Positions 11,191 through 20,164 of a DNA stretch of 64,000 nucleotides are shown piece after piece (the stretch's first letter is position 1; every line of letters begins with the position of its first letter). Position numbers and translations under genes: made by a program. The notes beneath the pieces were generated by a model. The model had not been told where the DNA came from. It saw only the letters and a program-made list of their open reading frames with translations, and made no database searches. This DNA comes from Polyangia bacterium (GTDB lineage Bacteria; Myxococcota_A; Polyangia; Palsa-1104): NCBI GenBank assembly GCA_035607415.1, contig DATNAQ010000031.1, positions 85,357 through 149,356 of the forward strand, read 5' to 3'.

Positions 11191-11754
11191 CTACGCGGCC
11201 AGGGCGCACGCCTCCGCTTCATCGCGCAGAAGCTCTTGCATGCGCTTGCGCGCGTGAAACAGGCGCGACATGACGGTGCCGACCGAGCAGCTCATCGCCT
11301 CGGCGATCTCGAGATACGACAGCCCCTGCAGCTCGCGCAGCACCAGCGTCGTGCGATGCTTCTCCGAGAGCTGCGACATGGCCAGGCCGATGCGGCCGCC
11401 GAGCTCGCCGCCCTCCACCGCGCGCGTCGGATCGTCGTCGCCCGACAAGATCCCCTGCACGTCGTCGAGCGCGACCAGGTTCGGCGCGCGATGGCGCAGC
11501 CGATCGATGCACACGTTCACCACGATCCGATGCAGCCACGTCCCGAACTGCGCCTGCTTGTCGAAGCGCGGCAGCCCGCGATACGCGCGCATGAACGCTT
11601 CCTGACACGCGTCGCGCGCGTCCTCGCGGTTTCGCAGCACGCCGACGGCGACCGCCAGCGCCCGCTGCTGATGTCGGCGTACCAGCCACTCGAACGCCGC
11701 TTCCTTCCCGCGTTGCGCAGCCGCCACTGCCTCCGAGTCCTCACGATAGGCCAT
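11191..11754 (-). CDS. ECF-type RNA polymerase sigma factor (sigma-70 family, group IV)
   Basis: 187 aa. Region 2 (FEWLVRRHQQRALAVAVGVL...DACQEAFMRAY, FGTWLHRIVVNVCIDRLR) and region 4 (LSEKHRTTLVLRELQGLSYLEIAEAMSCSVGTVMSRLFHAR) are present. Confidence 0.9.
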   Translation of the reverse strand: MAYREDSEAVAAAQRGKEAAFEWLVRRHQQRALAVAVGVLRNREDARDACQEAFMRAYRGLPRFDKQAQFGTWLHRIVVNVCIDRLRHRAPNLVALDDVQGILSGDDDPTRAVEGGELGGRIGLAMSQLSEKHRTTLVLRELQGLSYLEIAEAMSCSVGTVMSRLFHARKRMQELLRDEAEACALAA

Positions 11755-12005
11755 GACGAGCGACGGCTATTGCAAGCCGGTAGCCAACACGAAGTGCCCG
11801 AAAGTCGCGGCCCCGCCGCCGAGCGAGCGAGGCGACTGTGCAGCGGCGGTCACGCGTACGGTGTGGCGTCCTGGTCACGGTCTGCACGGCGCGCAAAGAT
11901 TCGTATACCGGTTGCCAGTCTCCTCTAGTTGCCACTCCTCCCGTCGACAAACGCGCGAAATCACGCGCCCACACGTCGGCACGCGCATCGCAATGTGCGC
12001 CCGAC

Positions 12006-12311
12006 ATGCGCAACGACCCACTCGTCAAGCTACTGATCGAGATCCATCAAAACGTCGATCTGCTCTGTGAAGATCTCGAGCAAGATCGCCCCGACCTCGC
12101 CACCGCGATCCGCGAGCACGCCGCGTGGATTCCGCGACCGGACGAGCTTCTGCGCGGCGCGCAGCCGTCGACGAAAGCGACGGTGCGCCGCCTCGGCCCG
12201 CTGCTCTACGACGCGCTCGACGAAGGGCTCGTCGACGCGCGACAGTTCGACGCGCTCATGGTCGAGCGTGCGCGCGCCGAACGCGTGCTCGACGGCAGGG
12301 GCTCGCGATGA
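12006..12311 (+). CDS. Hypothetical small protein
   Basis: An internal ATG at 12006 gives a 101-aa acidic/helical protein (MRNDPLVKLLIEIHQNVDLL...) with good GC3 bias. The upstream part of ORF 11838..12311 looks non-coding. No family recognised. Confidence 0.45.
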   Translation: MRNDPLVKLLIEIHQNVDLLCEDLEQDRPDLATAIREHAAWIPRPDELLRGAQPSTKATVRRLGPLLYDALDEGLVDARQFDALMVERARAERVLDGRGSR

Positions 12312-12316
12312 TCGCG

Positions 12317-14044
12317 CTACGGTGCGACGTTGGCGTCGCCGCCCGGGGTGGGATCGCCGTCGGATTCGGAGTCGTCTGGCGTCGGCGTCGCGGGAATCTC
12401 GCCGTTGCGCTCGCCCGCGTTCGGCGACGGCTGATCGCTGCGCAGATACGAGAGCATCGCCTCGACCATACGTACCTGCGCGTGGCGCACCTCGTTGGTG
12501 CGACGATGGCGGAATCCCTCGACGAAGATCGAGAAGATGAGCACGTCGTCCTTGTCGCCGACGTAGCCCGACAGCGCCGACACGCCGTTGAGCGTGCCGG
12601 TCTTGGCGCGCACGAGCCCGACCGCGTCGGTGCCCATGAAGCGATTACGGATGGTGCCGTCGATGCCGGCGATCGCCAGCGACGTCAAGAAATCCGGCGC
12701 CACCGAGATGTCGTAGTAGAGCTTGCGCAACAGCGACGACAGATCCTGCGGCGTGATGCGGTTCTCGTGCGTGAGCCCCGAACCGTTGACGATCTTGTAG
12801 GCGCCGGGCTTGATCCCCTCGCTCGTCAGAAAATCGGTGACCGCGCGCGTTCCCTTGGCGAGCGTGCCGGGCGCGCCGTACATCTCGCCGCCGAGCGTCT
12901 TGTAAATCGCCTCGGCGACGAAGTTGTTCGACGGCTTGTTCGAGATGCGGCACACCTCCGACAGCGGCGCCGAGATGTGCTCGGCCAGCATCGTCGGCGC
13001 GGCCACGTTGCCGTTGCGCACGCGGCCGGTGAGCTCGATGCCGAAGTCGCCGAACGCCGAACGCAGCACCGACGCGGCCAGGAGCGAGCCATCGGCGAGG
13101 CGGCGCAGGTCGACGTAGTCGTCACGGTTGTCGGCGATGCGCCCGCGCACCGTCACGATCAGCCGGTCGTCCTTCTTGTACGAGTCGATGCGCAAGCGCG
13201 ACCGCTTGCCGTGCACCGTCGTCGTCTGGTTCTCGACGCCGAACATCTCGACCTTCGGCTCGACGCTGACGATGGCCGGATGGCCGACATCGCCCGGACG
13301 CACGCGCACGCCGTAGGTGTTGCGGTTGAGGATGAGCGCACCCTCGCCGTCGCCTGGATCGTCCGGCTTGTGCCCGCGCGCGTGGAAGCGCGGGTCGGCG
13401 ACGAGATCGCCCTCGATGCGCTGGACGCCGCGCGCCGACAACGCGCGCGCGATCTCGGCGACGTCGGTCGTGGTCAGCGACGGATCGCCGTTGCCGCGCA
13501 GCACGACGTCGCCGTGCACGACCCCGTCGGCGTCGGGCTCGGGTCCGTAGAGCGACGTGTGATAGCGAAAATCGGCGCCGAGAAGGGACATCGCGGCAGC
13601 GGTCGTGAGGATTTTGGTGTTGGACGCGGGGTTGAACGGTACCGCGGCGTTGTGCGCGAAGAGCACGTCGCCGTTCGACGCCTGCATGACCTCGACGCCG
13701 ACCTTGGTGCGGTTGAGCGGCGCGTCGTGGAGGACCGCCACCAGGCGGTCGCGTAGCTTGGCGATGCGAATCTCACGTGGATCGTTCGGATCGGCGACCT
13801 CGCGTGGCGCCGTCGCCGTGTCGCGACGGAGCGGCGCTGCCGCCGGTGGCTTCTTCGTCGGCAGCAGACGCGCCTGGCGTGCGCTGTTGCGCGTCGCCGG
13901 CGTGATCGGCGCGCGCGCCTTCGGCTTGTGCGCGACGAACCGCTTCGCGACGGCTGGCTTGTGCCCCACCACCGCGAACGCGGGCGTCATCGAACCGAAC
14001 GCCACCGCGGACGCGACGGCCAAGCCAAGTCTACGAGTCACCAC
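12317..14044 (-). CDS. dacB: D-alanyl-D-alanine carboxypeptidase/endopeptidase, PBP4 (peptidase S13)
   Basis: 575 aa with a signal peptide. SxxK (ASNTK), SxN-region (NGSGL) and KTG (AKTGTL) motifs occur in the PBP4 order. The C-terminal tail is low complexity. Confidence 0.85.
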   Translation of the reverse strand: MVTRRLGLAVASAVAFGSMTPAFAVVGHKPAVAKRFVAHKPKARAPITPATRNSARQARLLPTKKPPAAAPLRRDTATAPREVADPNDPREIRIAKLRDRLVAVLHDAPLNRTKVGVEVMQASNGDVLFAHNAAVPFNPASNTKILTTAAAMSLLGADFRYHTSLYGPEPDADGVVHGDVVLRGNGDPSLTTTDVAEIARALSARGVQRIEGDLVADPRFHARGHKPDDPGDGEGALILNRNTYGVRVRPGDVGHPAIVSVEPKVEMFGVENQTTTVHGKRSRLRIDSYKKDDRLIVTVRGRIADNRDDYVDLRRLADGSLLAASVLRSAFGDFGIELTGRVRNGNVAAPTMLAEHISAPLSEVCRISNKPSNNFVAEAIYKTLGGEMYGAPGTLAKGTRAVTDFLTSEGIKPGAYKIVNGSGLTHENRITPQDLSSLLRKLYYDISVAPDFLTSLAIAGIDGTIRNRFMGTDAVGLVRAKTGTLNGVSALSGYVGDKDDVLIFSIFVEGFRHRRTNEVRHAQVRMVEAMLSYLRSDQPSPNAGERNGEIPATPTPDDSESDGDPTPGGDANVAP

Positions 14045-14093
14045 CCGGTATTGTGAGCGGTGCAGCGACGGGACGCAACAGAAGCGAGCAGAA

Positions 14094-14585
14094 TCAGGCT
14101 GCAGCCGGTGTCGTCAGATACTTCTCGAGCTCGAGCGGAGCGAAGATCTCGCTCTTGTTCGACGCATCGAGGAACAACAGGTAGGCGGCGACTTCAGCCT
14201 TGTCGTGCTTCTCGAACAGCTTCTTGCCGGCCTCCACCAGCTTCTCCGGGGCCGACGTCTGCATGAAGTCCGCGTCGGTGAGCCCGTCCTCGTGCGGAAC
14301 CTCGAGCGTGGTGAGGAACGAGCCGAGCATCGGCCGGCGGGTGCGGGTCAGCCACTCGAACAGGAGCGTGGCGGCGGTGGTGGCCGCGGCGGTGCTCGAC
14401 ACGGAGCGCCAGACCCGATTGGCCCAGTCGTCGTTCCGCTTGCGGGTGGAGGTATGGCTGGCCAGGCGATTGGTGGGAATCTTCGCCTCGCGCAGCACCT
14501 TTTTCATCGCCTCGGCCGTGAGCTCCAGAAAGATGCTTTTCGTCTTCTGCTCACCGAGCCTGCGACAGATCTCTTCGGGGGCCAT
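14094..14585 (-). CDS. Hypothetical protein (no recognised family), co-directional with the methyltransferase
   Basis: 163 aa with natural-looking composition (K/E/L-rich). G+C is visibly lower than in neighbouring genes. ATG start lies 36 nt downstream of the methyltransferase stop. Confidence 0.6.
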   Translation of the reverse strand: MAPEEICRRLGEQKTKSIFLELTAEAMKKVLREAKIPTNRLASHTSTRKRNDDWANRVWRSVSSTAAATTAATLLFEWLTRTRRPMLGSFLTTLEVPHEDGLTDADFMQTSAPEKLVEAGKKLFEKHDKAEVAAYLLFLDASNKSEIFAPLELEKYLTTPAAA

Positions 14586-14621
14586 ACGGCCTTCGCTTAT
14601 AGCCGCGAGAGCGCGCAGCCG

Positions 14622-15467
14622 TCAACGCAGGCGTCGCCGTCCGACGCGGCGGCGGGCCTCGGCGCCGTCGGCGGCACGGGCGTCCAAGGGGGTAGCCAGC
14701 CGCTCGACGATGACCTTTTGAAACGCGGGATCGATCTCGCAGCCGAGCCAGCGCCGCCCGAGCGCCTCGCAGGCGACGAGGGTGGTGCCCGACCCGGCGA
14801 ACGGATCGACCACGAGCGCTCCGGGACGGCTAGCCGCGGCGACGAGCCGGCGCACCAGCTCGAGCGGCTTCTGCGTCGGATGCGCGGTCTTCTCGCGCAT
14901 GCCGTTGGTCAGGGTGGGTACCTCGAACACGTCGCGCGGCTTGGCGCCGAGTGGATTCGGCTGCCAGACGTAGGGCTTGCCGCCATAACGCGAGCTCTCA
15001 GCCTGTGGATGCGAGGGATAGCGCAGCGTATGGGCGTTGTACGGGACCCGAGCGGCGTCGACGTCGAGGGCGAAGTCGGGACGCCGCAAGTGGAGGAGGC
15101 TCTCGTGAGACCGACCCCAGTCGCGCCCAAGGTTCGCTTTGTTACGGTAGTACCAGACGAGCCAGCGGCAGCCGGCGAAGTGCGGAGCGGCGACGCCCTT
15201 GATGTCGGCGAGCACCTCGGAGAAGCCACAGATGTAGAGCGACCCGTCCCGCTTGAGCACCCGGGCAGCGGCGGCGATCCAGCGGGCGCTCCAGGCGAGG
15301 TACTCGGCGGGGGATCCGAGCGCGTCCCACCGCTCGCGCCCGAGGTTGTAGGGCGGATCGGCGAAGACGAGGTCGACGCTCTCGGCCGCGAGCCCATCGA
15401 GCCAGTCGATCGCGTCCCCACCGTACAGCGTGCCGAGCCCGGTGGTGGCGACGCGGGTCGCTGTCAT
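14622..15467 (-). CDS. DNA methyltransferase, beta-class (DPPY motif; N6-adenine or N4-cytosine)
   Basis: An internal ATG at 15467 gives MTATRV.... Motif IV (VFADPPYNLG) precedes motif I (VVDPFAGSGTTLVA), which is the beta-class order. HPTQKPLEL is typical of the ParB-less N6/N4 MTase family. Confidence 0.85.
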   Translation of the reverse strand: MTATRVATTGLGTLYGGDAIDWLDGLAAESVDLVFADPPYNLGRERWDALGSPAEYLAWSARWIAAAARVLKRDGSLYICGFSEVLADIKGVAAPHFAGCRWLVWYYRNKANLGRDWGRSHESLLHLRRPDFALDVDAARVPYNAHTLRYPSHPQAESSRYGGKPYVWQPNPLGAKPRDVFEVPTLTNGMREKTAHPTQKPLELVRRLVAAASRPGALVVDPFAGSGTTLVACEALGRRWLGCEIDPAFQKVIVERLATPLDARAADGAEARRRVGRRRLR

Positions 15468-15531
15468 GCGGCCGACGCTAACATGGGCGCTGCGCCCGAC
15501 GCCAAAACCGTGAAAACTCCTGGGGACGATT

Positions 15532-15560
15532 TTGACTTCGACGCCCCACGTCAGTATCAT
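15532..15560 (+). promoter_or_regulatory. Sigma-70-like promoter candidate (TTGACT-17 nt-TATCAT)
   Basis: TTGACT at 15532..15537, a 17-nt spacer, then TATCAT at 15555..15560. This lies in the divergent intergenic region 29 nt upstream of GTG 15589, with GGAG 9 nt before the start codon. Confidence 0.45.
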
Positions 15561-15588
15561 CGAACGCTAAGTCGCGGAGCCTCGCACA

Positions 15589-16518
15589 GTGCCAACCCCC
15601 GCCTACGCTCTGAGATTCATATCGGGAAAGTACCAAGGGGGAGAATTCCCGCTGCGGATGGATCGCGAGATCATCGTGGGCCGGTCGAGCGAGCTGGACA
15701 TGGTGCTGGTCGAGGACATGGTCTCGCGCAAGCACGCCAAGATTCAGACGACCGGCGATCAGATCGTGATCCAGGACCTCGGCTCGACGAACGGAACGTT
15801 CGTCAACGGCGAGAAGATCAAGAAGGTTCGGCTCAAAGAAGGCGATCGCATCCTCATCGGGACGTCGATCATCAAGCTGGTGGCGGTGGACTCGTCGCAG
15901 GTGGTGACCGAAGGCGAGGCGCGCCAGCGGCTGGAGGCGACCGGCCAGCGACGAAACGTCAGCGGCGCAAACAAGCCGATGTCGGGGTCGATCGACGAGA
16001 TCCCGCTGCCGGACCTCCTGCAGCTCCTGTCGACGAGCCGCAAGAGCGGCGTCCTGTCGGTGCGCGGCGAAGGCGGCCACGGAAGGATCTACCTGCGCAA
16101 GGGTCAGATCTACTACTCGACGATCGACGACTCGTACGACCTGTCCCCGCGCAAAGCGGCGTTCCGCATGCTGACGTGGACGACGGGCACGTTCGAGCTG
16201 GAGCCGCCCGACGAAAAGTCGGTGCTGGAAGAGATCCAGGACTCGACCGAAGCGCTCCTGATGGAGGGGATGCGCCAACTCGACGAGTACAACCGGATCA
16301 TGCCCGAGCTGCCACAGCGCGAAGATCCGCTCGGCCTGCCGAACCCGCTGCAGCCGGCGCTCAAGGAGCTGCAGCCGGCGGAGCTCGACACACTACAGCT
16401 GGTGATAAACTACGGCCAGTTCCAGGCCGTGCTCGATCGCAGCCCGCGCACCGATCTCGAGACGGCGCAGACGTTGTTGACGTTGATCCAAAAGGACTAC
16501 GTCCTCGTTCGCCACTAG
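15589..16518 (+). CDS. FHA-domain protein with a C-terminal DUF4388 (PatA-like) domain
   Basis: N-terminal FHA (IVGRSSELDMVLVEDMVSRKHAKI...DLGSTNGTFVNGEKI). The central GSIDEIPLPDLLQLLSTSRKSGVLSV...GRIYLRKGQIYY segment is the characteristic DUF4388 signature. Confidence 0.85.
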   Translation: MPTPAYALRFISGKYQGGEFPLRMDREIIVGRSSELDMVLVEDMVSRKHAKIQTTGDQIVIQDLGSTNGTFVNGEKIKKVRLKEGDRILIGTSIIKLVAVDSSQVVTEGEARQRLEATGQRRNVSGANKPMSGSIDEIPLPDLLQLLSTSRKSGVLSVRGEGGHGRIYLRKGQIYYSTIDDSYDLSPRKAAFRMLTWTTGTFELEPPDEKSVLEEIQDSTEALLMEGMRQLDEYNRIMPELPQREDPLGLPNPLQPALKELQPAELDTLQLVINYGQFQAVLDRSPRTDLETAQTLLTLIQKDYVLVRH

Positions 16519-16598
16519 CCCGCGCCCGCCGGCTGCTGGCGGCGCTCGCGCGCGCGTGGAATTCGTGCGGCCGATGGGTCTGGACTATCCTGCGCCGC

Positions 16599-17996
16599 AT
16601 GAAGCTCGCCTCGCTGCTGCCGTTCGTCGTCGTGCTGGTCGCGACGCTCTCCGGCTGCTCGTCGTCGCAACCGCACTACGCGCCGCTCGACATCGATCAC
16701 GGTCAGCTCATCGGCCCTGACGGCCGCGTCGTCATCCTGCGCGGCATCAACGCGCGCGTCGCCGGCCTGTTCGACGTCACCTTCGACGACGGCCGTGCGC
16801 CGCTCGAGACGATCCCCGACTTGTCCGACGACGACGTCGCGCGCATGGCGTCGATGGGCTTCAACCTCCTGCGTCTGCCGCTGTCGTGGAGCGGATTCGA
16901 GCCCGAGCCGGGCATGTGGGTGCCGCCGTTCCTCGACAAGGTCCAGGCCGTCGTGACCTCCTGCCGCGAGCACGGCATCTATGTCCTCCTCGACGTGCAC
17001 CAGGACGCGTGGTCAAAGGAGATCGGTGAAGACGGCGCGCCGCTGTGGGCGATCTCGCCGCCGCCGCCGATGCTCCTCGGCGGTCCGCTCACCGACCTCG
17101 GCGACCGCCGCCTGTCTTCGCAAGTGATGAACGCATTCAGCGGCTTCTTCACAGATGACGCCGACATGCTGCAGGAGAAGTTCACCTACATGGTGCAGCA
17201 GCTCCTCGTCCGCTTCCGCGGCGATCCCGCCGTCGTCGGCATCGAGATCTTCAACGAGCCGCTGGCCACCGACGACGAGCTGCTCGCCTTCCACACCAAG
17301 GTCGCCGGCGCCATCCGCGACTCGGATCCGCAGCGGCTGTTCGCGTTCGAACCGCCGGCGACGCGCAACATCATCGACTCGGCAAGCCTCGCCAGCCAGC
17401 CGTTTCCCGTCGGTGGTGGCGTCTATGCGCCGCACATCTACACTGCCGTGTTCAACAACGACGTGCGCCTCACCAACGATACCTACGAAGCGCCGCTCGC
17501 CGCGTCGGTGCAGAACGCACGCGACGAAGCCGACGCATGGGGCACGCCGCTCCTCATCGGCGAGCTCGGCGTCGGTCCACAGCAGCCGAACGCGCTCGCC
17601 TGGATCGGCCACGCCTACGACGCGGCCGACGCCGTCTTCGCCTCGGCTGCCTTCTGGGTCTGGAAGGAGCAGGACCAGGGACAATGGGGCCTGTTCGCGC
17701 ATGCCGTCGACGGGACGTGGCACGACCGCCCCGACATGATCGCCGCCGTCGCGCGCCCCTACGCCAAGGCGATCGGCGGCAAGCCGACCGTGATGTCGTG
17801 GGACGGCACCACCTTCACGCTCGCATTCGAGCCGCGCGCAGGCATCGCCCACCGGCACGACATCTTCTTCCCGTCGCCAACGCCGCTCATCGCTTGTGAC
17901 GGCGAGACGCTCGCCGGCGCGGACGTCACAGTCGACCCGCCGACTTCCACGTTCTCGATCCGCTGCGATGGGGTGGTGACCCTGACGCGCCAATAA
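16599..17996 (+). CDS. Glycoside hydrolase family 5 lipoprotein (endoglycoceramidase-like)
   Basis: This is the last 465 codons of ORF 13605..17996. ATG at 16599 gives MKLASLLPFVVVLVATLSGC (lipobox). It has DVHQDAWS...GAPLWA, the acid/base motif IEIFNEP and the nucleophile motif LIGELG. Confidence 0.85.
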   Translation: MKLASLLPFVVVLVATLSGCSSSQPHYAPLDIDHGQLIGPDGRVVILRGINARVAGLFDVTFDDGRAPLETIPDLSDDDVARMASMGFNLLRLPLSWSGFEPEPGMWVPPFLDKVQAVVTSCREHGIYVLLDVHQDAWSKEIGEDGAPLWAISPPPPMLLGGPLTDLGDRRLSSQVMNAFSGFFTDDADMLQEKFTYMVQQLLVRFRGDPAVVGIEIFNEPLATDDELLAFHTKVAGAIRDSDPQRLFAFEPPATRNIIDSASLASQPFPVGGGVYAPHIYTAVFNNDVRLTNDTYEAPLAASVQNARDEADAWGTPLLIGELGVGPQQPNALAWIGHAYDAADAVFASAAFWVWKEQDQGQWGLFAHAVDGTWHDRPDMIAAVARPYAKAIGGKPTVMSWDGTTFTLAFEPRAGIAHRHDIFFPSPTPLIACDGETLAGADVTVDPPTSTFSIRCDGVVTLTRQ

Positions 17997-18028
17997 GGGG
18001 CACACTTGGCCAATAAGGGGCACACTTG
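17989..18028. repeat. Perfect 2 x 20 bp tandem direct repeat (GCCAATAAGGGGCACACTTG)
   Basis: Copy 1 (17989..18008) contains the TAA stop of the GH5 gene. Copy 2 (18009..18028) is identical. Both lie in the convergent gap before clpX. Confidence 0.95.
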
Positions 18029-18082
18029 ACCTCTGGAACGGAACTTCGGCGGTAGCTGAACCGCGCGAGTCGCCCGTCAGCG

Positions 18083-19303
18083 TCAGGCGGCCGTCCGCGC
18101 CTGCGAATGCTTCAAGGTGCCGTGCGCAACCGCCTCGGCGTCGATGGTGAAGCAATCTCCCTTGCAGCTCGGAAGCTCGAACATCGCGTCGAGCAGCAGC
18201 TCCTCCATCACGGCGCGCAGACCGCGCGCCCCCGCTTTACGCGTGAGCGCCTGCGCGGCGATCGCAAAGAGTCCGTCGGGAGTGCAATCGAGTCGGGCGC
18301 CGTCCATCTCGAAGAGTCGTTGGTACTGCTTCAAGATCGCGTCGCGCGGCTCGGTCATGATGCGCATGAGCATCGCCTCGTCGAGCGGCGTCAGGCCGAC
18401 CCGCACCGGGAAGCGCCCGACAAACTCGGGCAGCAGCCCGAAGCGAAAGAGGTCCTCGGGCACGACGTCGTGAAACGGCGCCGACGGGTCTGGAAGATCC
18501 GCCGACAGAAAACCGCTACGGCGTTCGCAGGTCCGCTCGTGAATGCGGCGGCTGAGCCCTTCGAAGGCCCCGCCGCCGATGAACAGGATGTTCGAAGTGT
18601 CGATCTCGACAGGTTCGCCACCCATCCCGTTCTTATCGGCGCCCATGCGAACGACGACGCGTTTGCCCTCGAGGATCTTGAGCAGGCCCTGCTGCACGCC
18701 CTCGCCCGACACGTCGCGGTCGTGGCCCGGGCGCTTGGCGAGCTTGTCGATCTCGTCGAGGTAGATGATGCCCTTCTGCGCGCGCTCGACGTTGTTGTCG
18801 GCCGCGCGCAGGAGCTTCGCAATCACCGATTCGACGTCCTCACCGACGTACCCCGCCTGCGTCAGCGGTGTGGCGTCGGCCATGGTGAACGGCACGTCGA
18901 GCAGGCGTGCGAGCGTCCTCGCCAGGTGCGTCTTGCCCGTGCCGGGCGGCCCGATGAGGATGATGTTCGCCTTGGTCAGCTCGACGTCGCTGATCTGCGC
19001 GCCGAGCTGCGTGCGCTTGAGGTGATTGTAGACGGCGACGGCGAGCATTCGCTTCGCGCGCTCCTGGCCGATCACCCACTCGTCGAGACGTTCCTTGATC
19101 TCCTTCGGCTTCGTTGGACGCGTCGAGGCCTCGGGCGGCGGCGCGTGGCGAGTGCGGCGATCGTCGGCCAACAGCTGCCGGCATACCGATACGCAGCGAT
19201 CACAAATGTAGACGTTCGGTCCTGCCACCAGCTTGCGGACCTCGCCTCGCGGACGGCCGCAAAAGGCACAACGGCGGTCACCACTCTCACGACGATAGCT
19301 CAT
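18083..19303 (-). CDS. clpX: ClpX-family AAA+ unfoldase (orphan paralog, no adjacent clpP)
   Basis: C4 zinc-binding domain (CAFCGRP...ICDRCVSVC), Walker A (GPPGTGKT), pore-1 loop (GYVGEDVE), Walker B (IIYLDEIDK) and sensor-2 (GARGLR). ATG at 19303 is preferred. Confidence 0.85.
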   Translation of the reverse strand: MSYRRESGDRRCAFCGRPRGEVRKLVAGPNVYICDRCVSVCRQLLADDRRTRHAPPPEASTRPTKPKEIKERLDEWVIGQERAKRMLAVAVYNHLKRTQLGAQISDVELTKANIILIGPPGTGKTHLARTLARLLDVPFTMADATPLTQAGYVGEDVESVIAKLLRAADNNVERAQKGIIYLDEIDKLAKRPGHDRDVSGEGVQQGLLKILEGKRVVVRMGADKNGMGGEPVEIDTSNILFIGGGAFEGLSRRIHERTCERRSGFLSADLPDPSAPFHDVVPEDLFRFGLLPEFVGRFPVRVGLTPLDEAMLMRIMTEPRDAILKQYQRLFEMDGARLDCTPDGLFAIAAQALTRKAGARGLRAVMEELLLDAMFELPSCKGDCFTIDAEAVAHGTLKHSQARTAA

Positions 19304-19372
19304 CCGACAATGTGGTTGAGCAACGCCCATGCCACGAGCGAGCGGATGCGCAAATCGGTTACGCGGAGAACC

Positions 19373-20164
19373 TCACTTCTTCAGCGCATACAGTACGTGG
19401 CGGTAGACTTCCTCGCTCATGACGAGCGACGAGTGCCCGAGGGGAACCGTGAGCGACTCCGAGCCATCGAGCGGCGTAGAGGCGACCGGGCAGACCCAGT
19501 CGCGCTCAGCCGCGATGGTGAAGTATTGGACGCTTTCCGGCAAAATCCCCGCCGCCAGCTCCTTGAGGAAGCGGCTGCCTGGTAGGAGCTGCCAGGCGCT
19601 CGAGGAGATGAGGCCCATCGTCGCCACCCCGAGCAGCGCCGACCAGGTACCGCGCTGGGGCGTGCCCATCATGACGAGCTTGCGGACGCGCTCGTGGCCG
19701 CCGAGCTTCTTGACGTAGTAGAGCCCGATCAGGCCGCCCATCGAGTGACCGACGATGTCGATCTTCTTCACCGACGTCTGCGCGAGGATCGATTCGATCT
19801 TGCGGTGGATCAGAAATGCCGACGTGCGGATGTCGCGGACGTTGAGGGAGCCGAGGTTGAACGAGAAGACGCAGAGCCCGTCGTCGTTGAGCCGGCGTTC
19901 GAGGATGTACATCGAGCCCCGCGTCCCGAGGTAGCCGTGGATGAGCAGAACCGGCGGACGCGACTCGTCGACGGTGTCGAAGAACGCCTTGCGTTTGATG
20001 CGATTGCCGCGCGCCAGATGACGGACGTACGAGAGCGCGTGGCGTGCGCCGTACAGATCGTGCCGCACCGCGGTGTCGATGCGACGCAAACGAACGCCGG
20101 GGCGCTTGAGTAGACGCGCGAAACGGCCGAGGTACGAGTCGTCGCCTTCCTTCTTCGATCTCAA
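19373..20164 (-). CDS. Alpha/beta-hydrolase (lipase/esterase-like)
   Basis: Nucleophile elbow GHSMGG, oxyanion region VLLIHGYLG, late His in PLGHSS. The proposed TTG start at 20164 overlaps the acyl-CoA dehydrogenase stop (TTGA); the start is uncertain. Confidence 0.75.
   Translation of the reverse strand: MRSKKEGDDSYLGRFARLLKRPGVRLRRIDTAVRHDLYGARHALSYVRHLARGNRIKRKAFFDTVDESRPPVLLIHGYLGTRGSMYILERRLNDDGLCVFSFNLGSLNVRDIRTSAFLIHRKIESILAQTSVKKIDIVGHSMGGLIGLYYVKKLGGHERVRKLVMMGTPQRGTWSALLGVATMGLISSSAWQLLPGSRFLKELAAGILPESVQYFTIAAERDWVCPVASTPLDGSESLTVPLGHSSLVMSEEVYRHVLYALKK

Noticed and set aside
13605-16598. First 998 codons of the 1463-aa plus-strand ORF
   Set aside because: Only the last 465 codons (from ATG 16599) encode the GH5 lipoprotein. 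The upstream part is Arg/Gly/Pro-rich and runs antisense or out of frame through dacB, the methyltransferase module and the FHA gene.
17989-18028. Possibility that the 20-bp direct repeats are a CRISPR remnant
   Set aside because: There are only two copies, directly abutting with no spacer, and no cas genes in the window. I report them as a tandem duplication instead.
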